Notes: generated by a model from the letters alone, not told the origin. Numbered from the stretch's first letter, positions 48,460-58,896 are shown. The stretch is 64,000 nucleotides of DNA from an uncultured Actinomyces sp. (GCA_963552815.1 CAUVMS010000002.1:20-64019); one strand, 5' to 3'. Translations and numbers: made by a program.

Positions 48460-49413
48460 TCACGCGGCATGACGGCTCACCTCCTCACCCGCGCTTCCGG
48501 TAAGGTCCACGTAGACGTCCTCCAGTGAGATCGGAGCCAGCTCGTAGCGCTCGATCACTCCGTCCTTGAGGGCGTGAGCGGCCCACTCCACGGCCTGCGT
48601 CGTGCGGTGAGAGTCCACCGCCACGGATGCGCGCACGGCGTCGTGCTGCGTCAGGATCATTCCCACGGGAGGTTCGATCCGCCGGCCGGGAGCTCGACTG
48701 ACTTCCAGGACGAAGGGCGATCCGTGGCCGGCCACGAGTGCCACAGGGGTTCCCTCGGCGATGACGTGGCCGTGATCCAGGACGGTGAGCCGGTCAACCG
48801 CCCGCTCGGCCTCCCGCACGTTGTGGGTCACCAGGAGGACCGCCGCCCCGGCCTCGGCCAGAAGACGGATCTGGTCCCACAGCAGGCGCCGGCGTACCGG
48901 GTCGACATCATTGGTGGGCTCATCGAGGATGACCAGGCGCCCGGGGACGATGGCGCACATGGCGAAGGCCGTCAGACGGGCAACACCGCCGGAGATCTTC
49001 TGCGCGGGAGTCCTCGCCCACTCCCCCAGGTCGAGGGCGTCGATCAGCTCCTCGGCGCGCCTGCGCGTCTGACGCGGACGCCCTCCTCGCATACGCCCCA
49101 CGAGGTCGATCGCCGTCAGGGGCGTAAGCCCCGTGATGGGTACATTGGCCTGCGCCTGGACATTGGTAAGGCGACGGGCGAGAGCGGGGTTGGCGACGGC
49201 GTCGACCCCGTCGAGCCTGATACTCCCGGAGGTCGGACGCAGCAGCCCCACCACCTGGTTGACCAGCGTGGTCTTGCCCGCGCCGTTGTGCCCGAGGAGC
49301 CCGACCACCTCGCCGGCACCCACCTGCATGGTGACGCCGGCGTTGGCTCTCACCGCGTGCGCCCCGCTTCCGAAGTGCTTGTGAAGGTCCTCAATGGCTA
49401 GTACGTCGGCCAT
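48460..49413 (-). CDS. ABC-2 type ATP-binding subunit
   Basis: GHNGAGKT, ISGG and ILDEPT motifs; AAGGAGG RBS. Confidence 0.9.
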   Translation of the reverse strand: MADVLAIEDLHKHFGSGAHAVRANAGVTMQVGAGEVVGLLGHNGAGKTTLVNQVVGLLRPTSGSIRLDGVDAVANPALARRLTNVQAQANVPITGLTPLTAIDLVGRMRGGRPRQTRRRAEELIDALDLGEWARTPAQKISGGVARLTAFAMCAIVPGRLVILDEPTNDVDPVRRRLLWDQIRLLAEAGAAVLLVTHNVREAERAVDRLTVLDHGHVIAEGTPVALVAGHGSPFVLEVSRAPGRRIEPPVGMILTQHDAVRASVAVDSHRTTQAVEWAAHALKDGVIERYELAPISLEDVYVDLTGSAGEEVSRHAA

Positions 49414-49475
49414 GACCCCCTCCTTTCGTTCAACTACCTGGATCCGAGCACCCGATCGACCATCAGACCGATCCG

Positions 49476-49576
49476 TACCGGCTGGTATCAAACATACCAC
49501 TCAGTATTGACAGGAGGTTTCATAGGACTTTGAAGGCTCTCATAACAACAGAAACGCGGCCCCATACCAACCGGTA
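49476..49576. promoter_or_regulatory. Three TACC-N4-RGTA palindromes, candidate TetR operators
   Basis: TACCggctGGTA at 49476, TACCactcAGTA at 49495, TACCaaccGGTA at 49565. Confidence 0.65.
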
Positions 49577-49625
49577 CGGGACCGCGTCCGCCCACCATAC
49601 TCGTCTTACCTGAGGCGGCCCCGCG

Positions 49626-51365
49626 TCACCCCTGACGGATGTGCCAGCGCGAGGAGGCCGTGGAGGCCTCGATGAACTCGCGGAAGGGCCCGGGGACGGC
49701 AGCCAGCTCCTGGGGCGAGCCTTGCTGGGCCACGCGGGCACCGGCCTGGCTCGGTTCGAGGAAGACGACCTCGTCGGCCTGGCGGACGGTGGACAGGCGG
49801 TGGGCCACCACGATGACGGTGCGGCCCCGGGAGAGCTCGCGCACCACCTCGGTGATGGCGGACTCGTTCTCCCCGTCCAGGGCCGAGGTGATCTCGTCGA
49901 GCAGGAGGATCGGGGCGTCCTTGACGAAGGCGCGGGCGATGGCGACGCGCTGACGCTCCCCACCGGACAGGCTCAGCCCGCCGGGACCGACCTGCGTGTC
50001 CCACCCGTGCGGCAGCGCCTCGATGACGCGGTCCAGGCGGGCGCGCCGGGTGGCCTCGGCCAGCTCGGCGTCGGTGGCCTCGGGTCGGGCGATGCGCAGG
50101 TTCTCCCGGATCGTGGTGTCGAACAGGTAGACGTCCTGGAAGACCATGGAGGTCATGCCCATGATCGTCGAGGCGCGCATGGAGCGAACCGGCGCCCCAC
50201 CGATGGTGACGGTCCCGTCGTCGACGTCCCAGAACCGGGCGGCCAGGCGCAGGATCGTGGACTTGCCCGCCCCCGACGGGCCCACCAGGGCGGTAACCCT
50301 CCCCTGGGGCGCGGTCAGGGAGACGCCGGCCAGGACGGGGCGGCCCTCGTCGTAGGAGAAGGTGACGTCATTCAGGGAGATCGTGGTTCCCTGGGGCTCG
50401 ATCTCCTGGCCGGGCTCGGGGTCGGGCAGGGGACGCGCGTCGAGGATGTCCCCCACGACCCGCAGAGCAACCTTCGCGTTGTCCGCCTCGGAGACGTACA
50501 GAGCGGCCTTGGTCAGGGGCAGGAGCATGCGCGCGGTGACCGTCATGATCGCGAGATATCCGACGACGTCGAGCCCGTGCCCGCTCACGCGTGACAGGCC
50601 GACCGCCATGACCAGCGCGAAAGCGACATTGACGATGAGGTTGAAGTACTGGCCGGGCCTGCCCTTGACCCTCAGACCTTCGAGAGTGGACTCGGAGTCG
50701 GCCTCCAGGGCGGCGCGCACCGGCGCCCAGCCAGTCTCGGTGACGCCGGTGGCGCGCAGCACCGGCTGAAGGCGGGCGAATTCCACGAGGCGTCCGGCGG
50801 CGACGGTCGCGGTGCGGTCCTCCATCTCATTAGCACGGGTGGTAGCGGCCCCCATGAGGCGCAACACGAGGGCCAGAGGGATGATGGTGGCGGCCATGAT
50901 GAGCGCCAGGGGCCACTCGACGATGGCCGTGGCCCCCAGCATGACCAGCGGCACGATGAAGGCGTTGCACAGGTGTGGGATCACCATGGAGGCCAGGTGG
51001 GAGAGGGTGTTGACCTCCTTGGAGGTGGCGTTGACGACCACGGCCTCCCGCTCGGCGCTGAACCAGCCCAGGGGCAGGGTCAGGACGTGCTCGGCGATGC
51101 GGTCGATCATGGTGTCGCAGACCTCGAAGACACTGACCCGGTAGGACCGGATCATGGCCGTGGTGTCGACGACGAGGACGCTCACCCCCAGAATGACGAC
51201 GGCGATCAGCCAACCGGTCAGCGACTCCGAGCGCGAGTAGAGGGCGCGCAGGAGGGGGATCATGAGAGCCAGGGTGAGGCCCTGAAGGACGGCGGAGGCC
51301 GCGAACCAGGCGGTGATGACCCGGATCTCGGCGGCGTTGACGATTCGTGTCAGCAGCTTCCACAT
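49626..51365 (-). CDS. ABC half-transporter (TMD-NBD), IrtB/YbtQ-like
   Basis: LPLGWF, GPSGAGKS, VFQDVYLF and LSGGERQR motifs. Confidence 0.88.
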   Translation of the reverse strand: MWKLLTRIVNAAEIRVITAWFAASAVLQGLTLALMIPLLRALYSRSESLTGWLIAVVILGVSVLVVDTTAMIRSYRVSVFEVCDTMIDRIAEHVLTLPLGWFSAEREAVVVNATSKEVNTLSHLASMVIPHLCNAFIVPLVMLGATAIVEWPLALIMAATIIPLALVLRLMGAATTRANEMEDRTATVAAGRLVEFARLQPVLRATGVTETGWAPVRAALEADSESTLEGLRVKGRPGQYFNLIVNVAFALVMAVGLSRVSGHGLDVVGYLAIMTVTARMLLPLTKAALYVSEADNAKVALRVVGDILDARPLPDPEPGQEIEPQGTTISLNDVTFSYDEGRPVLAGVSLTAPQGRVTALVGPSGAGKSTILRLAARFWDVDDGTVTIGGAPVRSMRASTIMGMTSMVFQDVYLFDTTIRENLRIARPEATDAELAEATRRARLDRVIEALPHGWDTQVGPGGLSLSGGERQRVAIARAFVKDAPILLLDEITSALDGENESAITEVVRELSRGRTVIVVAHRLSTVRQADEVVFLEPSQAGARVAQQGSPQELAAVPGPFREFIEASTASSRWHIRQG

Positions 51366-51367
51366 GG

Positions 51368-53299
51368 CTACTTCTCCTCCTGCCCGGCGGCCTCGGCTCC
51401 GAGCTGTTCGGCCGGGGCGGCTGAGGCCGTCAGTGCCGCGGCGTCGGTCTCCTCGTTCAGGTCCTGGCTGCTCCACATGGCGGCGTAGCGGCCGCCAGCG
51501 GCCAGGAGGTCCTCATGCGTGCCACGCTCGGTGATGCGTCCGGCGTCGACGACGAGGATCTGGTCGGCGTCACGGATGGTGGACAGGCGGTGGGCGATGA
51601 TGATGACGGTCCGGCCGGCCGCCAGCTGGGACAGGGCCCGGTGAATGTCTCGTTCGGAGGCGGGATCGGCCTGAGCGGTGGCCTCGTCCAGGACGAGGAC
51701 CGGGGCGTCCTGGAGGTAGGCGCGCGCCAGGGTGACGCGCTGGCGCTCTCCCCCGGAGAGGAATCCGCCCTCGTCGTCTAGGACCGTGTCGTAGCCGTGG
51801 GGCAGGCGTGTGATGCGCTCGTGGATGCAGGCCGCCCGGGCGGCCGCCTCGACCTGCTCCCGGGTGGCACCGGGACGTCCCAGGGCGATGTTGTCGTGGA
51901 CGGACTCGTGGGACAGGGCCACGTCCTGCAGGACGATCGCCACGCGCGAGAGCAGCCAGGGGAAGGCCGCCTCACGCACGTCGACGCCGCTGACGCGCAC
52001 GGCGCCGTCGTCGACGTCGTAGAAGCGGGCGATGAGGCGGGCCAGGGTCGACTTGCCTCCGCCGGAGGGGCCGACGAGCGCCGTCACGGTTCCCGGCTCG
52101 GCGGTGAAGGACACTCCGTGCAGGACCGCAGAGCCCTCCTCGTAGGAGAAGGTGACGTCCTCGACGTCGACGCGCCCGGGAGCGGGCCCCTCACCGTCGT
52201 CGTGGGTCCCCTCGGGCATCGGCGGCTGGGAGAGCAGACCGGCGGTGGCCTGAGCGGCCAGCCTGGACTCGTACATGTGCTGCGTCAGGCCGATGAGAGT
52301 CATGAGTCCCTCCGGCAGCCCCAGGGCCACCAGGAAGAAGGGCAGGGTCGCTGACAGCGGCGTCCACCCCTGGGCGGTGAACAGGACGGCCAGCACCGCG
52401 ACGGTCACAAAGACCGTGGAGGAACGCAGGAGCGCACCCATGACGCTGATGGCCTTGCCGGACTTGCTCACCCACTCGTATGACAGCCTGGAGAACTCGG
52501 TGCGCGCCTGGCTGAAGCGGGTGCGGGAGGCGTCTGTGGCCTGAAACCCCTTGATCTCCTTGATGCCCTCAAGCATCTCAACGGTTGCGGCGGCCAGCGC
52601 CGTCTGGGCGGCACCGAAGCGCTCGGTGATGTCGGAGACGCCGAACAGGGCCATGGCCATCACCACCAGGGCAAGCGCCCACAGCCCCACCAGCGCGCAG
52701 GCCAGGCGCCAGTCGGTCCACAACAGGTAGGCCGTGCCTGCCGCCGCCATGACGACGGCGTTGGTGGCGTCCCCGGGGACGTGGGCCACGAGGGTGTGGA
52801 TGGCGGAGGTGTCGTCGCAGACCATCTTGCGGATGGTGCCGTGCGGGATCTGCGCCACCCGTCCCAGGGGCAAATGGCTGATGGCGTCAACGATCCGCTG
52901 GCGCAGGTGGCGACGCAGCCTGGCCTCGGCCAGGTGGGTGACCCCGAGGCCGGCCAGGTACAGGGCCTGGGAGAGGAAGAGGGCGACGACGGCGATGGCC
53001 GCCCACACCCACAGGCTGCCCCGCCAGCCCTCCGGCGAGGCCTCCCCCAGCCATATGGCCGCCATGTTGCGCAGGGCCTCGAAGGGGACGATGGACATCA
53101 GGGCTCCGACTGCGGTCAACAGGCCGGAGACGATCATGGCCGGGCGGGCGGGCCGGATGAGCTCACCGATGGTGATGCCGGGATGCCCAGCGCCGCCGGT
53201 GTCACCGACTTCTTCGGGTTCTTCGGGGCGGTCGGTTGGCTCCTCGGTGAAGCGTTTGGTCGTCTGGTGAGTCGTCTGGTGAATCGGCCGGTTGGGCAT
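51368..53299 (-). CDS. ABC half-transporter (TMD-NBD), IrtA/YbtP-like (no siderophore-reductase domain seen)
   Basis: LHTLVAH-like segment, GPSGGGKS, LSGGERQR and LDEATA motifs. Confidence 0.88.
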   Translation of the reverse strand: MPNRPIHQTTHQTTKRFTEEPTDRPEEPEEVGDTGGAGHPGITIGELIRPARPAMIVSGLLTAVGALMSIVPFEALRNMAAIWLGEASPEGWRGSLWVWAAIAVVALFLSQALYLAGLGVTHLAEARLRRHLRQRIVDAISHLPLGRVAQIPHGTIRKMVCDDTSAIHTLVAHVPGDATNAVVMAAAGTAYLLWTDWRLACALVGLWALALVVMAMALFGVSDITERFGAAQTALAAATVEMLEGIKEIKGFQATDASRTRFSQARTEFSRLSYEWVSKSGKAISVMGALLRSSTVFVTVAVLAVLFTAQGWTPLSATLPFFLVALGLPEGLMTLIGLTQHMYESRLAAQATAGLLSQPPMPEGTHDDGEGPAPGRVDVEDVTFSYEEGSAVLHGVSFTAEPGTVTALVGPSGGGKSTLARLIARFYDVDDGAVRVSGVDVREAAFPWLLSRVAIVLQDVALSHESVHDNIALGRPGATREQVEAAARAACIHERITRLPHGYDTVLDDEGGFLSGGERQRVTLARAYLQDAPVLVLDEATAQADPASERDIHRALSQLAAGRTVIIIAHRLSTIRDADQILVVDAGRITERGTHEDLLAAGGRYAAMWSSQDLNEETDAAALTASAAPAEQLGAEAAGQEEK

Positions 53300-53309
53300 G
53301 GTGCTCTCC

Positions 53310-55796
53310 TCAGCGGAGTGTGTTCCAGGTGATGGCGACCAGCGTCCAGGTGAGCACGACGACGCTCCAGTCGCGCGCTCTCCAGGGTTCGTCGGTCATT
53401 TCGGTGCGTTGCCGATGGGCACCGAAGGCGCGCGAGTCCATGGACAGGGCGACGCGCTCGGCGTGCTGGATGGCCAGGATCATCAGCGGCAGGAATGATC
53501 CGATCCAGCGGACCACGGGGGCCAGCAGCCCCCAGCGCCTTCCGATTCCACGCAGTGCCCTGGCGGTGCGCAGAAGGACGAAGTCGTCATGGAAGCGGGT
53601 GATGAAGGCGATGGCCGCGGTGCCCGCCGCCCCCAGGCGGTAGGGCATGCGGAAGGTCGTGGTCAGGGTCCGGATGAGGGCCTCGGGGTCGGTGGAGATC
53701 CCTGAGACGAGGACGAGTGCGACAAGCGCGCCGATGCTGGTACCTCCTGTCACCGCGTCACCCAGGTCGTAGAGAGTCACTGCATTCTCTTGGCGGTACC
53801 CTGCGCTGAGGATCCAGATCATGAGCGCGGTCACGGCCCAGGGGGCGATCACCGAGGCGATGGTGCGCCGCAGGGAGGCGCGCGCGGCCACGACGAGGAG
53901 CGAGGAGGTCAGCATCAGGCCCAGGTTGAGGTGGTGGTTGCGCAGAGCGAAGACCATCACCATGGCGGGCACAACCGCCAGGAAGAGGGTGAGGGGGTTG
54001 AGGGAGGTGAACAGGCCTCGCCGCGGCTGGGGCCTGGGCGGGACCGCAGGAAGGCCGAGTGATCCGGAGGGCGAGGCATCCGCCTCGGCATCGACTGTCC
54101 TCGCCGTCTCACCGGCGTCGTCGGCCGAGGCGACCTTGTGCGCCGGGTCCGGGCCCGTTCCGGTCCGCACCGTCGGCCCCGGCAGGGCGATGATGTGGGT
54201 GCAGTGCTCCAGGGCGAGCTCGAGGTCGTGCGTGGCCATGATGACCGTGCGCCCCTGGTCTCGTAGCTGGCCGATGAAGTCCATGAGCTCGCAGGTGTTG
54301 TCCCAGTCCTGCCCATAGGTGGGCTCGTCCAGGACGACGACGTCGCGTTCCTCGCTGACCATGGTCGCCACCGACAGCCTCCGGGCCTGGCCGCCCGAGA
54401 GGGTCAGGGGGTGGTGGTCCCGGTGAGCAACGAGGTGGAACTGCTCGAGGAGCTGGTTGACCCGCTCCGGCGGCGTGCCTCCGACGGCGAGCTCGGCTCC
54501 GACGGTGGTGGCCACGAACTGGTGCTCAGGATTCTGGAAGACGTATCCGACCGGGTGCCTGCCCTTGCCGACATCCCGGCCGCCGACCACCGCCTTGCGT
54601 GCGGTGGAGCGCACGAGGCCGGCCAGGGCGGACAGGATCGAGGACTTGCCCGCGCCGTTGGGGCCGACCAGCCCCACGAGCTCGCCTCCCCCCAACCGCA
54701 TGGACACCCGGGGTGAGCGTCCCGGAACCTCGAGGTCGACCAGCTCGACGCTGGTTCTGGGCTCGGGCCGAGTGCGACCGGCGAGCGCGTCACGGGTGTC
54801 GATGGCCTCGACCTGCTGCCAGCTCTCAACGGAGTCCCGCGTCTGCTTCTCCAGGTAGCGCACCTCCACGTCCGCGCACAGGTCCGTGAGCCGCGGCACC
54901 TGGATTCCGGCTTCGGCGCAGGTCAGTGGCACGTCAGGTGCGGAAGAGCTCGCGGGCAGGCCGTCCTCGGCGTCACGCAGCGCCCGGGGCATCCATACGC
55001 CGGCGTCGGTCAGCTCACTACGGTGCCCCGTGAAGACCTCACGCGGGGAGCCGACGGCGATGACGCCTCCGGCTGTATCGAGAGCCAGGACCTGGTCCAC
55101 GATGGGCAGCACCGGGTCGAGATCGTGGTCGATGACGACGACCGCCGTACCGGAGGCTGTCAAAGAGGAGATGAGGTTGTAGAACTCCTGGCGGCCGGTG
55201 GCGTCGATGGTGCTGGTGGGCTCGTCGAGGACGAGGAGCCGGGGGTGCATGGCCAGGGCGACGGCGACGGCAAGCCGCTGACGCTGTCCGCCTGAGAGCG
55301 TCCAGGGGTCGTCCCAAATACGCTCGATCAGTCCCACCCTGCGCAGAGCCTCATGGACCCGTGAGGAGATCTCGGTCCGGGACAGGCAGAGATTCTGCAG
55401 GGGGAAGGTGACGTCGTCATGGACTCTGCGAGTGACGACGGCGGCGTCGGGGCTCTGACCGACGTAGGCGACGGTCTCGGCCAGGGCCTGGACGGTGGCG
55501 TCGGCGACCTCAGTGCCGGCCAGGCTCAGGCTGCCGGAGTACTCCGAGGGCAGGCAGTGCGGGATAAGACCGCACAGGGCACGCACCAGCGTGGTCTTAC
55601 CGCAGCCCGACGGACCGATGACGGCGGTGACCTGGCCGCGTAAGTGGGTGAGGCTCACCGAGTCCAGGACCCAGCTCTCGCGCCCGAGGTAGTGGACGCT
55701 GAGGTCCTCGATCCTCACCAGTGCCGGTTCTGCTGGCTCGCCAGGCAGCTGTTCCACCGCGGGCGCCTCGGACACGGCGAGCGCTGACTCAGGCAC
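53310..55796 (-). CDS. ECF module fusion: ATPase-ATPase-EcfT
   Basis: Two NBDs (GPSGCGKT/LSGGQRQR and GPNGAGKS/LSGGQARR) followed by a TM domain with LNP, ARALRG and SMDSRAF motifs. Confidence 0.87.
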   Translation of the reverse strand: MPESALAVSEAPAVEQLPGEPAEPALVRIEDLSVHYLGRESWVLDSVSLTHLRGQVTAVIGPSGCGKTTLVRALCGLIPHCLPSEYSGSLSLAGTEVADATVQALAETVAYVGQSPDAAVVTRRVHDDVTFPLQNLCLSRTEISSRVHEALRRVGLIERIWDDPWTLSGGQRQRLAVAVALAMHPRLLVLDEPTSTIDATGRQEFYNLISSLTASGTAVVVIDHDLDPVLPIVDQVLALDTAGGVIAVGSPREVFTGHRSELTDAGVWMPRALRDAEDGLPASSSAPDVPLTCAEAGIQVPRLTDLCADVEVRYLEKQTRDSVESWQQVEAIDTRDALAGRTRPEPRTSVELVDLEVPGRSPRVSMRLGGGELVGLVGPNGAGKSSILSALAGLVRSTARKAVVGGRDVGKGRHPVGYVFQNPEHQFVATTVGAELAVGGTPPERVNQLLEQFHLVAHRDHHPLTLSGGQARRLSVATMVSEERDVVVLDEPTYGQDWDNTCELMDFIGQLRDQGRTVIMATHDLELALEHCTHIIALPGPTVRTGTGPDPAHKVASADDAGETARTVDAEADASPSGSLGLPAVPPRPQPRRGLFTSLNPLTLFLAVVPAMVMVFALRNHHLNLGLMLTSSLLVVAARASLRRTIASVIAPWAVTALMIWILSAGYRQENAVTLYDLGDAVTGGTSIGALVALVLVSGISTDPEALIRTLTTTFRMPYRLGAAGTAAIAFITRFHDDFVLLRTARALRGIGRRWGLLAPVVRWIGSFLPLMILAIQHAERVALSMDSRAFGAHRQRTEMTDEPWRARDWSVVVLTWTLVAITWNTLR

Positions 55797-56421
55797 GGCC
55801 GGTCGCGCGGTGGTCGATGCCGACACCGGCGCGGTTGAGCAGGCGGGTCAGGACGATGGTGATGACGCCACCGACAAGTGCCGAGACCACGGAGATGATG
55901 ACGCCGGTGCCCGCGTAGACGGTCCCCGCAGCCACCTTGATCACCGAGACATACATCAGACCGTTGAGCAGACCGAAAGCCAGCGCCGAGATCAGAAAGG
56001 ACCACCAGGTCCACTTGCGGTAGAGCAGGAGCGCGAGGGGCACCTCCACAAAGGCCCCGCCGATGAGGTTGCCGACGAGCGCCGATGGACCAGCTGGAGT
56101 CGTGAAGATGCACATGATCCCCATGAGCAGGGCGGCGATCATCACGGCGCCGGGGCGGCGCACGACGGTGGCGGGCAGCAGGTAGGGCACAAGCCACAGG
56201 CCCATGATCGCGCAGCCCAGGAGCACCGCGTCCGGGGCGGCTCCCGCTGCCGGGGCCAGGTAGTTCAGTGGTACCAGCAGGATCATCGAGACTACGGCCA
56301 GGGCCGCGATCGTCATGAGGTTGCGGGTTCCGAGCGCGGAGTCGGCCAGGCCCGAGCGTGACGACGTGCGCACGGTACGTTCCTGCCCGGCGGGCGCCGT
56401 TGGGCGGTTGGTGGTGCTCAT
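55789..56421 (-). CDS. ECF S component (YkoE-like)
   Basis: About six TM segments; GLW, RRPGA, E..LALLLYRKW and L.RAGV motifs. Confidence 0.8.
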   Translation of the reverse strand: MSTTNRPTAPAGQERTVRTSSRSGLADSALGTRNLMTIAALAVVSMILLVPLNYLAPAAGAAPDAVLLGCAIMGLWLVPYLLPATVVRRPGAVMIAALLMGIMCIFTTPAGPSALVGNLIGGAFVEVPLALLLYRKWTWWSFLISALAFGLLNGLMYVSVIKVAAGTVYAGTGVIISVVSALVGGVITIVLTRLLNRAGVGIDHRATGRA

Positions 56422-56545
56422 GTCTTCTCCTTGTGAGTTTCTTGCAGATCATGGTGAGAGCGGTCGGGCGTCACGCACAGACGCCGAGCCGGGCGGTACC
56501 AGACGGGGCAGCGCGACGCCCTCACGTCTACTCGGACGCCACCGC

Positions 56546-56566
56546 ATTTGCAAATCATTCTCATTA
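56546..56566. promoter_or_regulatory. Candidate Zur (Fur-family) box
   Basis: TAATGAGAATGATTTGCAAAT on the minus strand; AT-rich 21-mer dyad in GC-rich context. Confidence 0.7.
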
Positions 56567-58063
56567 TTGTTCTCTGGTGAGTTTTCCTTCAATCTCGACG
56601 ACGTAGTCGGCGCACTCGTTGAGGAACTCGATGTCGTGGCTGATGACGATGACGACGCGCCCTTCGCGAGCCAGGTCCCGCAGCTCGGCGGCGATAGCCA
56701 CGAGGTGGCGGTGGTCAACGCCGGATGTGGGCTCGTCCAGGATGACGACGCGGGCGTCCTGGTCGATCGCGGTGGCGATGACGAGCCGCTGCTTCTGCCC
56801 GCCGCTGAGAGAGAGTGGGTGACGGTCGGCCAGGTCAGCCAGGTCGAGACGTGTCAGCTGCGGGAAGCTGGCCTCCTGGGAGACCGACTCGGCGAAGAGC
56901 TGGCGGTGGACGTCCTGCATGACGAGGAAGGCCTGGCCGGCGGCGAGCTCCTTGCCGTCACAGGAGACGCGTGCGCCCCGGCGGGTGCGTTGCAGACCGC
57001 AGACGGCTCGCGCCAGGGTCGTCTTCCCGATCCCGTTGGCCCCTATGACGCCGGTGATCGTACCGGCGGGGAAGGTGAGCTCGGGGATGTCGAGGATAAG
57101 GCGGCCACCGCGCTCGACCTTGAGATTCTCAATACGCAGGTCTTCCTTCCACGGTTCTCCCGGAACCTCGTCAGGCTCAGCCCGGAGTGCGCCACCGGTC
57201 GCGCGGGAGGGACGCTCGACGCCGCTCACCGCGTCGTCGGCCGCCCCATCCGCGTGGCCAGCCAGGGCCGCAACGGGTACGGGGCTCGTGGCCAGCCGGG
57301 GCCGCTCCAAGGTGCGCAGGCCCAGCTCCTTGCGCCGTGCCTGACCGATCCGCCACAGCTCCTCGCCCGTCATCCGGTGCAGGACGCGCCCTTGCCCCAT
57401 GATGACGGCCTCATCGACGAGGCCGCGCAGGAAGTAGATGCGGTGCTCGGCCACCACGAGGGTCCGCCCGGCGGTCTTGAGTCGTTCAATGGTGGCGCGC
57501 ACATCGTCGATCGCGCTCGGATCCAGGTTGGAGGTGGGCTCGTCCAGGAGGATGACGGGGGTCCGCTGGGCCAGGGCCTGGGCGCAGGCGACCTTCTGCG
57601 TCTGTCCGCCGGACAGGCCGCGCAGGTCCCGACCGGCCAGGTCCGTGATGCCCAGCTCCTCCAGGGCATCGGCTCGGCGTCGCCGGATCTCCTGCGCGGG
57701 CACCTGGTAGTTCTGGGGCGCGAAGGCGAGCTCGTCGGAGACGGTGGTGGTGAAGAACTGAGAGGCGGGATTCTGGAAGACCGTGGCGGTGCGCAGACCG
57801 GAGCGCTCGATCGGGACGGAGGAGACCTCCTGGTCGTCGATGAGGACCCGGCCAGTGAGCTTACCGTCGTGGAAGTGCGGGATGAGCCCGTTGAGCAGCC
57901 TCAGCATGGTGGACTTGCCAGATCCCGAGGCCCCGCACACGAGGGTGAGGCTTCCGGGTGCGATGTCCAGGTCGATGTCGTCGAGGACCCGCTGGCCGGT
58001 GGGATAGGCGTAGGAGACGCCACGAAGATGAAGGCGAGAATCGTGGGAGGGCGTCATCGTCAC
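56564..58063 (-). CDS. ECF/ABC ATPase with two NBDs
   Basis: GASGSGKS and GANGIGKT Walker A motifs, VFQNP..QFF, two LSGGQ signatures. Confidence 0.9.
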   Translation of the reverse strand: MTMTPSHDSRLHLRGVSYAYPTGQRVLDDIDLDIAPGSLTLVCGASGSGKSTMLRLLNGLIPHFHDGKLTGRVLIDDQEVSSVPIERSGLRTATVFQNPASQFFTTTVSDELAFAPQNYQVPAQEIRRRRADALEELGITDLAGRDLRGLSGGQTQKVACAQALAQRTPVILLDEPTSNLDPSAIDDVRATIERLKTAGRTLVVAEHRIYFLRGLVDEAVIMGQGRVLHRMTGEELWRIGQARRKELGLRTLERPRLATSPVPVAALAGHADGAADDAVSGVERPSRATGGALRAEPDEVPGEPWKEDLRIENLKVERGGRLILDIPELTFPAGTITGVIGANGIGKTTLARAVCGLQRTRRGARVSCDGKELAAGQAFLVMQDVHRQLFAESVSQEASFPQLTRLDLADLADRHPLSLSGGQKQRLVIATAIDQDARVVILDEPTSGVDHRHLVAIAAELRDLAREGRVVIVISHDIEFLNECADYVVEIEGKLTREQ

Positions 58064-58896
58064 CTCCCCCAGACGGGTTGCAGCGCCAGGACCACCAGGC
58101 CGGCGCTGAGCGCGAGGAGCACGGCATCGGCAGCCCCGAAACGCAGGCGGTCGACAACGGTGGGGCGACCACCGCTGCCCAGGCCCCGGATGAGGGCTGC
58201 GGCCGACAGGTCATCGGCACTGCGAGCCGAGGCGGCCAGGACCGGGACGACGAGCTTCTCGATGCCGTCCAGCGGGTGGCGCCACAGGTAGGAGCCGCTG
58301 TAGCCGCGCAGCCGCATGGCCTCCATGACGCCCCTGGCCTCATCGAGGGCCACCGGCACGAAGCGGAAGAGGACTGCCAACGGGATGGTGAGGAACCGTG
58401 GCGCGCGCAGCTGGTTGAGCGCCGCCAGCAGGGTGCTGACGCGGGTGGTGGTGACGAACCAGGCCCCCAGCGACAGTGAGATGGCAAAGCGCAGCAGCCA
58501 GTAGGCGACGACCCCGCAGAAGACCGCGACCCTGGAAGGCCACCACAGGGGCAGCTGGGTGAGCCCCCAGAACACTGCGGTGATGGCGGAGTAGCTGATG
58601 AGCACGCGCACCGGCTCGTCCAGGGCGATGAGCACGCCCACCAGAACGGCGATGAGTCCAACGGCGCGGTTGGAGGCCATGCCCATGACCAGCACGTTGC
58701 ACACGAGCAGCAGGATGAACTTGCTGCGCGGATCGGCGTGGACACGAGGAGCAGCGGCACCCCTGGGGCGGGGACGTCCCCCAAAGGCGGTATCCAGGAC
58801 AGAGCAGCCCTCTCGAGCGAGCTCCTGCGGTGAGGCCGGGGACTCCTCCACGCCCATCGCAGAAACGTTGGACCCCCGGGGTCGCGTGCGCCGCAT
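58060..58896 (-). CDS. ECF transmembrane component T (start uncertain)
   Basis: DPRSK, RFVP, AMRLRG and AALIRG motifs. Confidence 0.85.
   Translation of the reverse strand: MRRTRPRGSNVSAMGVEESPASPQELAREGCSVLDTAFGGRPRPRGAAAPRVHADPRSKFILLLVCNVLVMGMASNRAVGLIAVLVGVLIALDEPVRVLISYSAITAVFWGLTQLPLWWPSRVAVFCGVVAYWLLRFAISLSLGAWFVTTTRVSTLLAALNQLRAPRFLTIPLAVLFRFVPVALDEARGVMEAMRLRGYSGSYLWRHPLDGIEKLVVPVLAASARSADDLSAAALIRGLGSGGRPTVVDRLRFGAADAVLLALSAGLVVLALQPVWGR

Noticed and set aside
48360..48470. Small minus-strand ORF between the ABC ATPase and permease
   Set aside because: About 36 codons with no motif or compositional support
56422..56545. TPP riboswitch before the YkoE-like S component
   Set aside because: Conserved TPP motifs are not visible by eye
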